A stretch of DNA of 64,000 nt from Squalus acanthias. Taxonomy: Eukaryota. The position numbers were made by a program, and so were the translations under genes. The stretch is from NCBI GenBank assembly GCA_030390025.1, contig CM059449.1, positions 33,728,001-33,792,000 of the forward strand, written 5' to 3'. Of this stretch, positions 1 through 13,690 are shown piece by piece. Position 1 is the stretch's first letter. Every line of letters starts with the position of its first letter. The notes beneath the pieces were generated by a model. It made no database searches. It worked only from the letters and a program-made list of their open reading frames with translations, and was not told the origin of the DNA.

Positions 1-124
1 AGGCATCCGCCCGCGGGGAACCTGCGATCGCAAATTTTGGGACAATATTATAACACCAGCAGCAGGAGTAGTGATACAGCAAAACACTGCTAAAGGTGAA
101 TATTAACTGAATATAAGAGGGTTG

Positions 125-182
125 CTCTGAATACCAACGGTAGTATGTGATTTCTATCTGTATGATTATTACCGGCTGTCAT
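125..182 (-). pseudogene. Degenerate copy of GPR139-like exon 1
   Basis: M(fs)QPVIIIQIEITYY(deletion)VGIQ within a block (50-340) homologous to 27010-27310. The donor is lost. Confidence 0.75.
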
Positions 183-499
183 ATTTTTCGAGCGAAGCGA
201 AACTGTCTGTCAGTGTTACGGAAATACAGATATTCTGCTTTCAAAATTAGGTCCTACTAAGCTCTGAGAGAAAGCTCAAGCGATAAAAGAGCATTGTACA
301 ATTGGCATCAGTTAAAGTCTTTTGAACAAACAGATTAAGCCGAGCCGTATTTCCTCCTACTGATCATGGATCAGGGCATTTCACATTCAAAGAAAAGGTC
401 AAGCATATTACATTGATCATATTTTAAAATATAATAGTTTTAAATCTGCACTCGTAACTTAAAAGTACAGACACTTGAAGCTGAGTGCATTACATTATC

Positions 500-2616
500 T
501 TTTTTTAAGATCGTTTTATGGGATGTGGGCGTCGCCGGCAAGGCCAGCATTTGTTGCCCTTGAGAATGTGGTGGTGAGCCTTCTTCTTGAACCGCTGCAG
601 TCCGTGTGGTGAAGGTACTCCCACAGTGCTGTTAGGTAGGGGATTCCAGGATTTTGATCCAGTGACGATGAAGGATCGGCGATAGACTTCTAAGTCAGGA
701 TGGTGTGTGACTTGGAGGGGAACTTGGAGGTAGTGATGTTCCCATGCTCCTGATGCCCTTGTCCTTCTAGAAGGAAGAGGTCGCGGGTTTGCGAGGAGCT
801 GCCAAAGAAGCCTTGGCGACCTGCTGCAGTAGATGGTACATACTGCAGCCACGGTACGCCGTTGGTGGAGGGAGTGAATGTTTAAGGTGGTAGCTGGGGT
901 GCGAATCAAGCGGGCTGCTTTGTCCTGGATGGTGTCGAACTTCTTGAGTGTTGTTGGAGCTGCACTCATCCAGGCAAGTGGAGACTATTCAATCACACTC
1001 CTTACTTGTGCCTTGTAGATGGTGGAAAGGTTTTGGGGAGTCAGGAGGTGAGACAGTCGCCGCAGAATACATAGCCTCTGACCTGCTCTTGTTGCCACAG
1101 TATTTATGTGGCCGGTCCAGTTAAGTTTCTGGTTAATGGTGACCCGCAGGATGTTGATGATGGGGGATTCGGCGATGGTAATGCAGTTGAATGTCAAGGG
1201 GCGGTGGTTAGACTCTCGCTTGTTGGACGTAGTCATTGGCTGGCACTTGTGTGGCGCGAATGTTACCTAACACTTCTCAGCCCAAGCCTGAACGTCGTTC
1301 AGGTCTTCTTGCATGCGGACATGGACCACTTCATTATCTGAGAAGTTGTGAATGGCGTTGAACACTGTGCAGTCATCAGCGAACATCCCCATTCCTGACC
1401 TTATGTTGGAGTGAAGCAGTTGATGAAGCAGCTGAAGATGATTGGGCCTAGGACACTGCCCTGGGGAACTCCTGCAGCGATGTCTTGGGGCTGTGATGAT
1501 TGACCTTCAACCACCACAACCAACTTCCTTTGTGCTAGGTATGACTCCAGCCAGTTGCAGCCCCCCCCCACCCCCCCCCGTCGATTCTAATTGACTTCAG
1601 TTTTTCTCGGGTTCCTTGATGCCACACTCGGTCAAAAGATGCCTTGATATCTAAGGCAGTCACTCTCACCTCACCTCACCGGTGGAATTCAGCTCGATTG
1701 TCCATGTTTGGACCAAGGCTGTAATGAATTTGGGAGCCGTGTGGTCTTGGCGGAACTCAAACTGGGCACCAGTGAGCAGGTGAGTAAGTGCCGCTTGATA
1801 GCACTGTCGATGACACCTTCCATTACTTTGCTGATGATTGAGAGTAGACTGATGGGGCGGTAATTGGCCGGGTTGGATTTGTCCTGCTTTTTGAGGACAG
1901 GACATATCTGGGCAGTTTTTCACATTGTCGGATAGATGCCAGTGTTGTAGCTGTATTGGAACAGCTTGGCTAGAGGCGCGGCTAGTTCTGGAGCACAAGT
2001 CTTCAGCACGATAGCCGGGATGTTGTCGGGGCCCGTAGCCTTTACTGTATCCAGTGCGCTCAGCCCCTTCTTGATATCACGTGTAGTGAATCGAATTGGC
2101 TGAAGACTGGCTGCTGTGAAGCTGGGGATCTGAGGAGGAGGGCGATATGGATCATCCACTCGGCACTTCTGGCTGAAGATGGTTGCAAACGCTTCAGCCT
2201 TGTCTTTTGCACTAATGTGCTGGGCTGTGCCGTCATTGTAGATGCGGATATTTCTGGAGCCTCCTCCTCCCATTAGTTGTTTAATGGTCCGCTGCCATTC
2301 ACGACGGGATGTGGCAGCACTGCAGAGCTTTGATCTGTTGTTTTGATTGTGTGATCGCTCAGCCCTCTCTATAGCATGCTGCTTCCACTTTTTAGCATGC
2401 ATGTAATCCTGTGTTGCAACTTCCCCAGGTTGGCGCCTCTTTTTTAGGTATGCCTGGTGCTGCTCCTAGCATGCTCTTCTACACTCCTCATTGAACCAGT
2501 GTTGGCCCGCTGCCTTGATGGTAATGGTAGAGAGAGGGATATGCCGGGCCATGAGGTTACAGATTGTGGTGGGATACAATTCTGCTGCTGCTGATGGCCC
2601 ACAGCCCCTCATGGAT
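500..2616 (-). mobile_element. 5'-truncated LINE (CR1/L2-group family A), RT and C-terminal remnant
   Basis: KATGPDNIPAIVLKTCAPELAAPLAKLFQ and KLDTIQDKAARLI motifs, with an A-rich tail at about 500. Confidence 0.9.
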
Positions 2617-4609
2617 TATAGCCATTTGTTGAAATAACTGTGCATATTAGCGGTAGATAAGCACCACCTTACGTTTTAGGTGCATCATAAATAGTCTTTG
2701 TTAATTGATATTCAATATAATATCAATATAAGGAAGCTCCATGGTGCACGTTAGATTGAAGAGCGTTCACAGATACTCACAGAAAGTGATATAGTCAGTT
2801 GTATACAGCTGAGTAGCCACGCGGATATGCTGAGATGTTGGATTTCAGAATCAACAGAGGTTGGGAGGAGGGTCTGATCTGATACATACCGGATGTGGGA
2901 AAGATAAATGTGGATAACCATCTCAGGAGCCGTTCAGAAGTGCTCTGGGAGTTAAAGACCATCAAATTCTAAGGAGTTGGAGGTCAAAAATGAGACTTTT
3001 CGCCGGCTGTGTAGACGGAATTTGGAGCGGGACCCGGTTATACCCCTCGGTTCAATGGCAAGTAGCCCTGCCTGAACCGGAGTTATTTTAGAAATATAGC
3101 ACATTCCCCTCAAGCCCGTCACATTTTTGAATATTTTGCCATTTGTTCAACGATGAATTTTGGCGTGATGTACATTAAAATGATGATGTACATTCAGTTT
3201 GTTCCCATTCGTGATGACGATTCTCACAGCAGCAGGTCCTGGGATTGGGTTGGGAGGAGGTGTTGGGCGGGTGGCGGGAAGAGCTGCCAGTTTTGAATAT
3301 GAAAGTTAGATTGTCCACTTTATGCTACTTGAATGCTACTTTCATAAACTTTCCAAACGTCCTGTCCAAACTTGTTTCGAAAGTTGCATTCCCAGTTGGG
3401 ACTGAGGCCGCTGATCCCAGTCATGGCAGTGATTTCAGCCATTACAATTCGTCTCAGATCACTTCGATTATTTTGGGAAATGGTCTCTGCTTCCCTCTCC
3501 GAATTGATATTAGCGATCTCTCCTAAAGTGTGCATGTTGCGAAAGTTTGATGGGATTTGTTTACTGTGATTCTGTAAGAAAATGAGATTTTTTTGTGTTT
3601 TAAGTTGCATGATTTGAAATATGAAGGGTAATATGACTTATACATAGATTGAGCAAACTGCATCATTATGAGAATTCCATTGATGACATGCCAGTGATGA
3701 CGTTAGCTGTGCAGATCTGTCAGTCTGAGCTAAAAGAAACAGCGAATCTGATGGGATTTCTTTTCTTTGTGCCTTTCTTTCGAAATAAATTAAAGGGAAA
3801 GTGATGTTTCGTGAAGAAAACAGCCTCGTCGTAAAGCGAATGCATATGAACTGAGAACCAATGCAGTTGGCGGTTTTAAAGTCTATAATTGTGGATCAGT
3901 TGAGGCAACTTTTAGTGGAAGGAGCCAATACATGTAACATTGCCTCACTAGCTAGGGGTCAGTTTACCTCCCGTGTTGTTGAGTTCAAGGCAATTTTTGT
4001 AGCTGGATTAATTTTCACTGTTACAACACGTCTCAGTTTCGCCTTTTCTTTAATGTTGACTGGAGAACTGAACTCCGGGTTTACATAGAATTACATAGAA
4101 TACGCAGCACAGAATTAGGCTATTCGGTCCGACCAGTACATGCCTGCATTAATGCTCCACTCGCGCCTCCTATCATCCTTCCTCATCTAAGTCTATCAGC
4201 ATCACCCTCCATGTGGATCTGAAAAATTCTTATTCGTTTTTTCAGATCCGACATTGCCTGTCTTAAACTATGGGCAAAATTTATTAATACCCAAAGCATC
4301 TTTGATCTCCTACAATATGACGCTTAATATGGGGAACAGATGGCCGCTTCCATTTCCTTTAGTGATTCCTGTTTGTAGGTGTCAATTGAATAATTTCTGC
4401 TCGCTTCCGATAGATGTAGTTGCATTTTAGTTCGGTGGATCACTTAACTTGTTCGATTAAATTAGTAATCAGAGCCAGGGGACTTGCTTCCACATTAAAA
4501 ATGATTTCTCAGGTGACTGATGCGTCCAATGCGGGACCTCCAGTCTCTGTCACAGGTGGGGCAGACGGTGGTTGAAGGGGCGGGTGGGTGGGGTGCTTGG
4601 GTTGACGAA

Positions 4610-5460
4610 TATAGGTGGGAAGAGTATAAGAATGGGAGAAAAATAGAGTCGAGATAGGAAGACATCAGTTCCGTGGGTCAAGACCAGGATGAAAAGATGG
4701 ATCTACCAGGGCAATCTTGTTTGTGGCTCTTGGGAAGGAGGTAGAAGCGGGCTGTGCGAGCTTGGGGGTCTATGAGGTTGACAGCTGTGGAGGGAATATC
4801 TCCAGATGAGATGATGTCATATGTCAGTCTTGGAAAGAATGGCTTGATGTTCGGTAGTGGGGTCATGGTGGGGAGGCAGGAGGAAGTGTCAGTAAGTTGG
4901 CCTTCAGCCTCCGCAAGGTAGAGGGTGGTTCAACAAACAACAATAGCATCACCCTTGTCAGATGGTTCAATGAATATTTTGGTGTTGGATCTGAGAGAAG
5001 GAGTTCTGCAAGTTCAGAGAAATGTAGGTGGAAGTGAGTGAGGGGACCAGAGTAATTTAGACGTCCGATGTTACGTTGGCAGTTCGCAATGAAAAGATCT
5101 AGAGAAGGCAAGAGGTCAGAGGAAAGGGTCCAGCTAGAACGAGAATTCTGAAAGCGGGAGGAAGGGTCTGCTGTGCGGGGGGAAGAATCCTGGCCAAAGA
5201 CGGGGGCACGGAGACGAAGGCGATGGAAAAAGAGAGTGGCGTCATGCCGAGCTTGAAGGTCGGGGCGTCCGGAGATGAAGCTTAGGCATTTGCTGTGGAC
5301 TGACCATTCGGGGTCTGAGAGGGGAAGGTCAGAGGGGATAGTGAAAACACCGCAGTGGGTGAGATTGGAAGAAGGGATGGGGCCAGAGGAAGATGAAGGG
5401 GTACAAGGGTAATTTTCACCTTCACCACATGGATGATACTATGAAGAACGGGCGACATGC
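4610..5460 (-). mobile_element. Penelope-like retroelement RT remnant
   Basis: PQARTARFYLLPKSHKQDCPGR and LDLFIANCQRNIGRLN motifs of the PLE RT N-terminal region. Confidence 0.8.
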
Positions 5461-6194
5461 CCATTGTAAACCCCGCCCGACTTTTAGTCCATTGTTGAAG
5501 GTGGAAATGATCCCTGCATCAGGGGTGTAGTGTCTGCAGCAACACTATTGAATACAATTACTGGGAGGGGTCTACAGATCTCCTATGGTAAATTCAATAC
5601 TTTACACCGTTTCTCCCGGATTACAAAGATCTTTTAGCGAAGCTGTTGTTTGATATTGGGATAAGACCAGTGGAAATTCTATTGGAGTCACTCTACTTCT
5701 ACCATGCATAAGAAACTTAGATAGATTGTAGTCTTTGTCGCCTGGGCATTAAACATCGGCCGACTCTGTTTGTGGGGCAGAAATTAGTGTTGGGCAGTGG
5801 CGCTGAACAGGAGGTAGCGCCTATGCCGCCTTTTATACGCCTCGCTTGATATTGAGTTCTATTGTCGTCAATGGAAATGAACATCAGACGGGGAGTGAGA
5901 GGCAGACCCGATAGCGCCGTTGCACCCCTGTTTGTAGAAAGGAAAATCTGGCAGCTATGACCGTAGATGTTACCGGAACCCGCCCGAATTTCTTCCATTG
6001 ATGGTAATGGAGGACAATCCGCTGCTTTTAGGGAAGCCCGTGTTCCGCGGAGGATTTGGCTTTTTGTGCTTGGCCGAGGTGAAGCAGAACAGCCCGGATG
6101 TAAAGACTAAACTCTATCCCATGCTAACCGGAGAAATCACCACTTGGGTTTAGAATTACAACAGAGCAGCAGTAGTTAGACGTGCTTTAGGAGC

Positions 6195-6328
6195 ACAAAA
6201 GAAAATTACTGCGGATGCAGGAAATCTGGAATAAAAACAGAAAATGCTGGAAATACTAAGCAGGTCAGGTAGAATCTTTGAAGCGAGAAACAGAGTTAAC
6301 GTTTCAGGTCGATGTCTTTAATCAGAAA
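6195..6328 (-). mobile_element. Penelope-like 3' terminus fragment
   Basis: Minus strand ttctgattaaagacatcgacctgaaacgttaactctg...gacctgct...ccagcattttctg, a degenerate CTGANGA...GAAAC PLE terminal motif. Confidence 0.65.
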
Positions 6329-6821
6329 GGTCTGACGGAGCTGCTCCCAGGTGAGAAGCGCGGGGAATCAGTCAGCGCCGATTCTCATCTGGCAGTTGGT
6401 TCGATCTGCAGATGGGATGCATTCCCAGGGAGGCTACAATACGCCAACATTGCGCCAGAGTGTTTTTGTGGGCGCTGGAGGAACGTTTCTATTTCTCCTG
6501 TATTCACGAAAAAAAATAGAAAATTCCTTTGCCTTTTCTTGAGCAGCCTCCGGGAATCCCTTTCAGAATTGCTGGTTTGGCCAATCGCTCCGATACTAAT
6601 ACTTGGGCCAGGCACAAAACTACAAGACTGTCTATCAAAGCCGAGACAATCCCACTAAATTGCTGAATTTTAATAGTCAGAGTGATTTGTGGTTCCTCGA
6701 GTTGTTACATTCACAATATGACAGAAACTTGGAGCCATTTTGAGTTATTACTTTGATGTCGCTAATTATTGTTTGCAAATAAACCACATCAAAACAAACA
6801 GGTAATATCATTACACCGATC

Positions 6822-7108
6822 TGGTGAAATGAGTTCAAAACCCACCATGGCAGCAGGGTAATTTAAATTCATTTAAATAAATCTGGAATAAAAAGCTAGT
6901 ATCAGTAGTGATCATGAAACTACGGGATTCTCGTAAAAACCCAATTGGTCCAATCGGGAAGGATTTCTGACGTCCTTATCCGGTCTGGCCTATATGTGAC
7001 TCCAGACCCACAGCAATGTGGTTCACTCTTAACTGCCCTCTGAAATGGGCTATCAAGTCAATCAGCTGTACTTAAATGGGGCAATAAATGCTGGACTTGT
7101 CGGCGACA
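6822..7108 (+). mobile_element. tRNA-type SINE sharing its 3' tail with LINE family A
   Basis: B-box-like GAGTTCAAAACCC and tail GGGCAATAAATGCTGG matching the family A 3' end. A second copy lies at 41870-42195. Confidence 0.65.
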
Positions 7109-7117
7109 AAATCTCTC

Positions 7118-9775
7118 GCTGATTACCACCTACCGCCTAGCCTCAGCTGATGAATCAGTACACCTCCATGTTTAAGACCACTTGGAAGAAGCACTGAGGG
7201 TAGCAAGGGTACTTTGTACACTGGGTGGGGAACTTCAATGTCCTTCACCAAGAGTGTCTGTGTAGCATCATTACTGACCTAGTTGGCCGAGTCCTGTAGG
7301 ACATAACTGCCAGACTGGGACTGCAGCAGGTGGTGAGAAAACCATCACAAGTGAAAAACCTACTTGACCTCCTCCTCACCAATCTACCTTTCGCAGATGC
7401 ATCTGCCCATTGCAGTATTGGTAGGGGCGACGACTTCAAAGTCCTATGGAGATGAAGTCCCATCTTCACACTGAGGGCACCCTCCATCGTGTTGTGTGGC
7501 ACTACCACCGTGCCAAATGAGATAGATTCAGAACAGATCTAGTTCTCAAAACTGGGCATCCACGAGGCGCTGTGGGCCAGAAGCAGAATTGTATTGCATC
7601 ACAATCAAGCCCGGCATATCCGTCACTCTACCATTATCATCAGACCAGGTGACCATCGGAGTGTAGAAGAGAATGCCAAGAGAAGCACAAGGCGTACATA
7701 AAAATGAGGTGCCAAACTGGGGAAGCTGCAACACAGAACTACATGCATGCTATAGACAGAGCTAAGCGATCCCACCACCAACGGATTAGGTCAAAGCTCT
7801 GCAATCCTGTCACATTCAGTTTTGAATGTTGGAGGAGGAGGAGGATCCATGAACACCCCCATCCTCAATGATGATGTGGTGATGCCTGTGTAGGACTGGG
7901 GTGGACAAATGTGAGAAGTCGCACAACACCAGGTTATAATCCAACAGCTTTATTTGAAATCACAAGCTTTCGGAGCGCTGCTCCTTCGTCACCTGACGAA
8001 GGAGCAGCGCTCCAAAAGCTTGTGATTTCAAATAAAGCTGTTGGACTATAACCTGGTGTTGTGCGAATCCTCAATGATGGCGGAGCCAAGACCGCGAGTG
8101 CAAAGGACAAGGCTGCAGCGTTTGCAATCATATTCAGCCAGAAGTGCCGAGTGGATGATTCAACTTGACGTCGTCCTGAGGTCCGCACAATCACACAAGA
8201 CAGTCTTCAGCTAATTCGCCTCACTCCACGTGATATCAAGAAACGGCTGAGTGCATTGGATGAGCCCCAACAACATCCCGCTATCGTACAGATGACTTCT
8301 GCTCCAGAACCAGACGTATCCCTAGCCAATCAGTTCCAGTGCAGCTACAATACTGGCATCTACCCAATAATGTGGAAACTGCCCAGGTGTATCCTGTCAA
8401 CAAAAATCAGGACAAAACCAATCTGGCCAATTACCGTCCGATCAATGTACTCTCAATCTTCAGCAAAATGATGGAAGGTATCGTAGAAAGTGCTATCAAG
8501 AAGCACTTACTCACCTGCAACCTGCTCACCCATGCTCAGTTTGCGTTCCGCCCGGACCATTCAGCTCCAGACCTCATTACAGCTTTGTTCCAAACGTGGA
8601 CAAATAGCTAAATTCCAGAGGTGAGGTGAGAGTGAATGCCCTTGACATCAAGGTAGCATTTGACCGAGTGTGGCATCAAGGAGCCTTAGTAAAATTGAAC
8701 TTAGTGGGAATCAGGGAGCAAACACTTCACTAGCTGGAGTCATACCTAATACAAAGGATGGTTGAGTTTGTTGGAAGCCAATCATTTCAGCCCCAGGACA
8801 TCGCTGCAGGAGTTCCTCAGGGCAGTGCCGTAGGCCCAACCATCTTCAGCTGCTTCATCAATGTCCTTCCCTCCATCATAACGTCAGAAGTGGGGATGTT
8901 TGCTGATGATTGCACAGTATTCAGTGCCATTCGCAACTTCTCAGATACCGAAGCAATCCATGCCCGCATGCAGCCAGACTTGGATGACATCCAGGTTTGG
9001 GTTGATAAGTGGCAGATAACAGTCGCGCGAGACAACTGCCAAGCATAACTATCTCCAACATGAGAGAGTCTAAGCACCAACCCTTTATATTCAGCGGCAT
9101 TACCATCGCCGAATCTCTACCATAAATATCCTGGGGGGGTCACCATAAACTTTACTGGACAAGCCACATATAAATTTGGCTACAGGAGCAGGTCAGAGGC
9201 TGGGTATTCTGTGGCGAGTGACTCACCTCCTGACTCCCGAAAGACATTCAACCATCTACAAGGCAAAAGTTAGGAGTGTTGTGCAATAATCTCCACTTGC
9301 CTGGATGAGTGTAGCTCCAACAGCACTCAAGAAGCTCGACACCATCCAAGACAAAGCAGCCCGCTTGATCTGCACCCCATCCACCACCTTAAACATTCTT
9401 CTCTCCACCACCGGTGTACGGTGTCTGCAGTGTGTACCATCTACAAGAAGCACTGTAGCAACTCGCCAAGGCTTCTTCAGTAGCACCTCCCAAACCCGCG
9501 ACCTCCACCACCTTGAAGGACAAGGGCAGCAGGCGCATGGAAACACCACCAACTCCAAGTTCCCCTTCGAGTCACACACCATCCTGACTTCGAAATATAG
9601 AGTTGTTCATTCATCGTCGCTGCGTCAAAATCCTGGAACTCCCTCCCTAGCTCACTGTGGACTGCAGCGGTTCAGGAAGGCGAATCATCACCACCTTGTC
9701 AACGGCTATTAGGGATGGACAATAAATGCTGGCATTGCCCGCGATGCCCACATCCCAGGAACGAAAACAAATAAC
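7118..9775 (+). mobile_element. LINE family A, endonuclease end through RT to 3' tail, decayed
   Basis: GVPQGSAVGPTIFSCFIN and FADD motifs, tail gggatggacaataaatgctggc. Interrupted by a palindromic insertion at 7874-8066. Confidence 0.9.
7874..8066. mobile_element. Palindromic Penelope-derived insertion with 13-bp TSD
   Basis: Inverted repeat 7919-8066 (73-bp arms, 2 mismatches, 2-nt loop). TSD ATCCTCAATGATG at 7861-7873 and 8067-8079. Confidence 0.85.
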
Positions 9776-10974
9776 GACCTGGAATGATTAGCCTGCCGCC
9801 TGCTGATTTCAGGACCTAAACGGCCTTGAATGCGATGCAATCTGCTGCCAGCCCGTTAAAATCGATGGCAGGAGGGTGCAGCCTGGGACCTTCAAGGAAC
9901 CGGCTCCTGGCACAAGGTAAGTGGATGGATGAAGAACGTGGTCAGAGAAGGGGGAAGACCGGACAGAGGAATCCCAACGCTTCCTTGTACGACTCAAAGT
10001 GAGTTATTTCTCCTACTGATGCACAGGTATGTGTAACGTTGAGGTGTCAGGATAGCCTGCGGTACAGGGCATCAAGAATCTCCGATAACACAGAGATTTA
10101 TCTGCATATAACATAAGGCTGAAATAACTCCAATGAGGTCATGGATGATGCCCGAAGAAATGAGGATCAGTAGGCTGATGACAGATAGCCAGAGTACAAG
10201 TAGGATCCTGGTAAACAAGCCTGGGGGCCCGGTCATGCACTGAGACGACAGCATCTCATTAGGAACAACTTTAGCTGAATAATGTCCAAACTCTAAGCAT
10301 TAACAATCCTAACATTATAATGTACTCCATGACACTAAGTTTTTTCTCAGTCACTTTCTCACTGGTAACTTTGTAGCATAACACCATGTCGGAAACCCAT
10401 GTTATTTCTCCTTGACATTGGATCACTCTTACTAATCAGTCGCAACACATTATTTCAGTGATAACAATACTTTTGTAAAACAAATGCAATTGTCTTACTA
10501 CCTCCATGCCCAACTTTGTCGACTGCGCTCTTCATTCTTTAATGTCCATCATCTTACTCTTCTGTGTAGTTCTCTCAGTGGCAGTAGGTTCAGAAGTGGA
10601 TAGCTGGCACCTTGCAGCAAGAGTCCCCTGGAACTGAAGTGGAATTAGACTCATGACAGCTATGAACCATGAGAGATCAGCAGGAGGCTGTATCTTCAAT
10701 TCCAAAGCACGGTCAACCTGCCCTTGGCTAATGATTCCCACACATGGCGGTCTCTGAGGCAGTTGAAGTGAGGTTGACTGGCTGCACTGTCCTGAGAGAC
10801 CGCATCATCCTGCATGTTTGCACCTTTCTGGCCACAAATTCTGGGCCGTGGATCTGCTTCCACCCCCAGGAAAAGTGGACGAAACAGTAGCATTTAGTAG
10901 CTGCCCTGAGAGTACATCCTCTCTGCTCTGCTTCCTCTGGCTTCTAAGCCTGAGGTCCTAGTCTCCGTTAAAAA

Positions 10975-11320
10975 GGGCATTAATGACAAGGGACGGCCTC
11001 CCATCATCTACCCTCCATAAACTTGAACTCATCCAGAACTTTGCTGCCCATATGCTAACTCGCACCAAGTCACGTTCACCCTTCACCTCTGTGCTTGCTG
11101 ACCTACATTGTTTCCCGGCCAGGCAACGCCTCAATTTCAGAACTCTCATCCTTGTTTTCAAAGCACTCCATGGTATCCCTCCCTACCTCTGTAAACTCCT
11201 CCATTCCCCAATTCTGGCCTCTTGCTCATCCCCGATTTTCTTTACTCAACTACTGACGGTTATCTTGCAACTGCCTAGACCCTAATTTCTTGAATTCTAT
11301 CCTAAACATCTCCACCCCTC
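10975..11320 (+). mobile_element. L2-clade LINE 3' fragment
   Basis: LHKLELIQNFAAHMLTRTKSRSPFTSVLADLHCFPARQRLNFR, an L2 ORF2 C-terminal motif. Confidence 0.8.
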
Positions 11321-13690
11321 TAATATTCCCTCTTTGATCTAATACCAACTTTAACTTCTCTTATTAGCCATGGTTGGACCACTTTTTCTGGGAAGTTTTT
11401 GTGCCTGAAATTAATGTATATTTGCTCTAAATTATGTATTGATTCTTTAAATGCTAGCCATTGCTTCTCTACCGTCATAACTTTGAATGTAGTTTCCCAC
11501 TCTACCTTAGCCAACTCGCCGCTCACACCTACGTGGTTTGCTTTGTTTAGATTTAAGAGCCTAGTTTCGGATTTAACTAAATCACTTTCAAAATCAATGT
11601 AAAATTCTATCATATTATGGTCACTTGTTCCTAAAGGCCTCTTTACTATAAGGTTCTTAATTAACCCTTTCTCATTGCTCAATACTAGATCAAAATAGCC
11701 TGTTCCCTAGTGGGTTCCTCAACATACTGATCTAGAAAACTGCCTTGCATGCATTCCGTGAATACGTCCTCCACACTATTAACGCAAATTTGTTTTGCAC
11801 AGTCTATATGTAGATTAAAGTCCCCATGATAACTGTATTACCCTTGCTACATGCGCCTCTAATTTCCTGATTGATACTCTCCCCTAAATTACAACTGCTG
11901 TTTGGGGCCTATAAAAAGTTCCAACCAATGTTTTCTGCCCCTTGCTATTTCTTAACTCCACCCAAACTGATTCTACTTCTTGATATTCGGAGCTAGGATC
12001 CTTTCTCCCTACTGTCTTTATCCCATCCTTTATTATCTGAGCTACCCCGCCTCCTTTTCCATTTTGCCCATCTCTTCTAAAAGTAAAGTGTCCTGGAATA
12101 TTTAGTTCCCAACCTTGGCCACTTTGCTACCACGTCTCCGTTATGGCTCTTAGATCAAACCTGTTAATTTCTATCTGCACTATTAATTCATCTACTTTTT
12201 TGCGAATGCTTCGCACAATCAGATATAGTGCCTTTAGCTTTGACATATTTCAATTTTTCTCTGATGCTAACTTAGTCACTGATGCCTTTTTACATTTGTT
12301 ACTCTCTCTGTCCCTTCCTGACCAAATCTGCTTAGTTTTACCCAAAAAACTACTCTGCTCTAGAGTCTTGACATTTCTCTCGCTGCTTTTAAATTTAGGC
12401 TTTCTTAAATCCCCCCCACCCCCCATCATTAGTTTAAAGCCCTGTCTACTGCCCTAGTTATTCGGTTCGCCAGGATACTGGTCTCAGCCCGGATTAAGTG
12501 GAGACCATCCCAACGGAACAGCTCTCTCTTTCCCCAGTACTGGTGCCAGTGCCCCATGAACTGAAGCCACTTCCTCCCACACCACTCTTTGAACCACGCA
12601 TTTAAACCTCTAATCTGTTTGCCCCATGCCAATCTCGCGTGGCTCAGGTAGCAATCCAGAGATTATTACCTTTGAGGTTCTTCTTCTTATTTTGTATCCT
12701 AGGTCCTCAAACTCACTCAGCAGCACCTCATTCCTAGTTCTACCTATGTCGGTGGTTCCTACGTGGACCACGACAACAGCATCCTCCCCCTCCCAGTCCA
12801 AGTTCTTCTCCAGCCGCGAGGAGATGTCTTTAACCCTGGCACTGGTCAGGCAACACAACCTTCAGAACTCTCGGTCGCAGCTGCAGAGAACAGTATCTTA
12901 TCCCCCTGACTATACTGTCCCCTACCACAACTACATTCCCTTTCACTACACTCACTTGAATGGCCTCCTGCACCATGATGCAATGGTCAGCTTTCTCATC
13001 CATCCTGCAGGTTCTTCCCTCATCCACACAGGCATCAAGAACCTCATACCTGTTGGACAAGGGCGAAGACTGAGGCTCCTCCAGCACGGCACCTGGGGTC
13101 CCCTTACATGCTTGAGTTGCAGTCGCACCCTCCTGTCCCTGACCACTAACCAGACCTGTACCACTATCTAACCTAAGGGATATGACTGCCTTCTGGATCA
13201 ACGTTTCCAGGTTACTCTCCCCATCCCTGATGCCCCATAATATCTGCATCTCAGACTCCAGCTCAAAAACTCAGAGAAGAAGTTCCTCAAGATGCAGGCA
13301 CTTACTGCAAACGCGGTTATCCTGGATCACAAACTCCCACATGCTGCAGTTGCGGCATACCACCTGCACTGCCATCCCTATATGACCTTATTTCATTTAA
13401 TTAAATTTACTTAAATTTGTAGTTAGGCAACTTAGTTTAGAGTGTAGTTTCTTGACTACTTACGTGATCTAGATTAAGTTAAGGTACTGAAGTTAAAAAT
13501 CTAACTGTAAAACAAAACAGTGCAAGTAGTGTAGGTAAACAGCAACAACTCCTTCCCCCTCTTCTACGAATTCTCACTCTTTCCAAATTCCCAACTAAAA
13601 CACTCTGTTGAAGTCCACTCCGTTTAATCCCGCTCTGTGCAGACCGCTCGGCCATGTCTCTATTTCTGTATGTCTGTTGCTCTGTCTGTT
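11320..13690 (-). mobile_element. CR1 LINE 5' half (ORF1 SGNH esterase and APE endonuclease)
   Basis: VVVGDSIVRG, VHVGTTDIG, DGLHL and LGTSDHNMIEF motifs. Confidence 0.9.

Larger units (their letters stand above)
50..10480. repeat. Segmental duplication copy 1 of the GPR139-like flank (blocks 50-340, 2700-2850, 3400-4210, 6320-6820, 9780-10480)
   Basis: These blocks align by eye to 27010-27310, 27550-27690, 22885-22940 plus 24672-25445 (and more weakly 28360-28770), 26515-27015 and 28950-29725 respectively. Confidence 0.85.

Noticed and set aside
2780-3100. Faint Ig C1-like words on minus (RLHS, SHF*PP, GMYQIR)
   Set aside because: Needs several frameshifts and lacks both cysteines; too weak to call.
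3245-4088. ORFs in duplicated block D
   Set aside because: Frames are not conserved between copies and no recognisable domain is present.
9780-10950. Block E as a Harbinger transposase relic (EILDALYRR on minus)
   Set aside because: Only one short motif, not reproduced in the 29000 copy; kept only as duplicated sequence.
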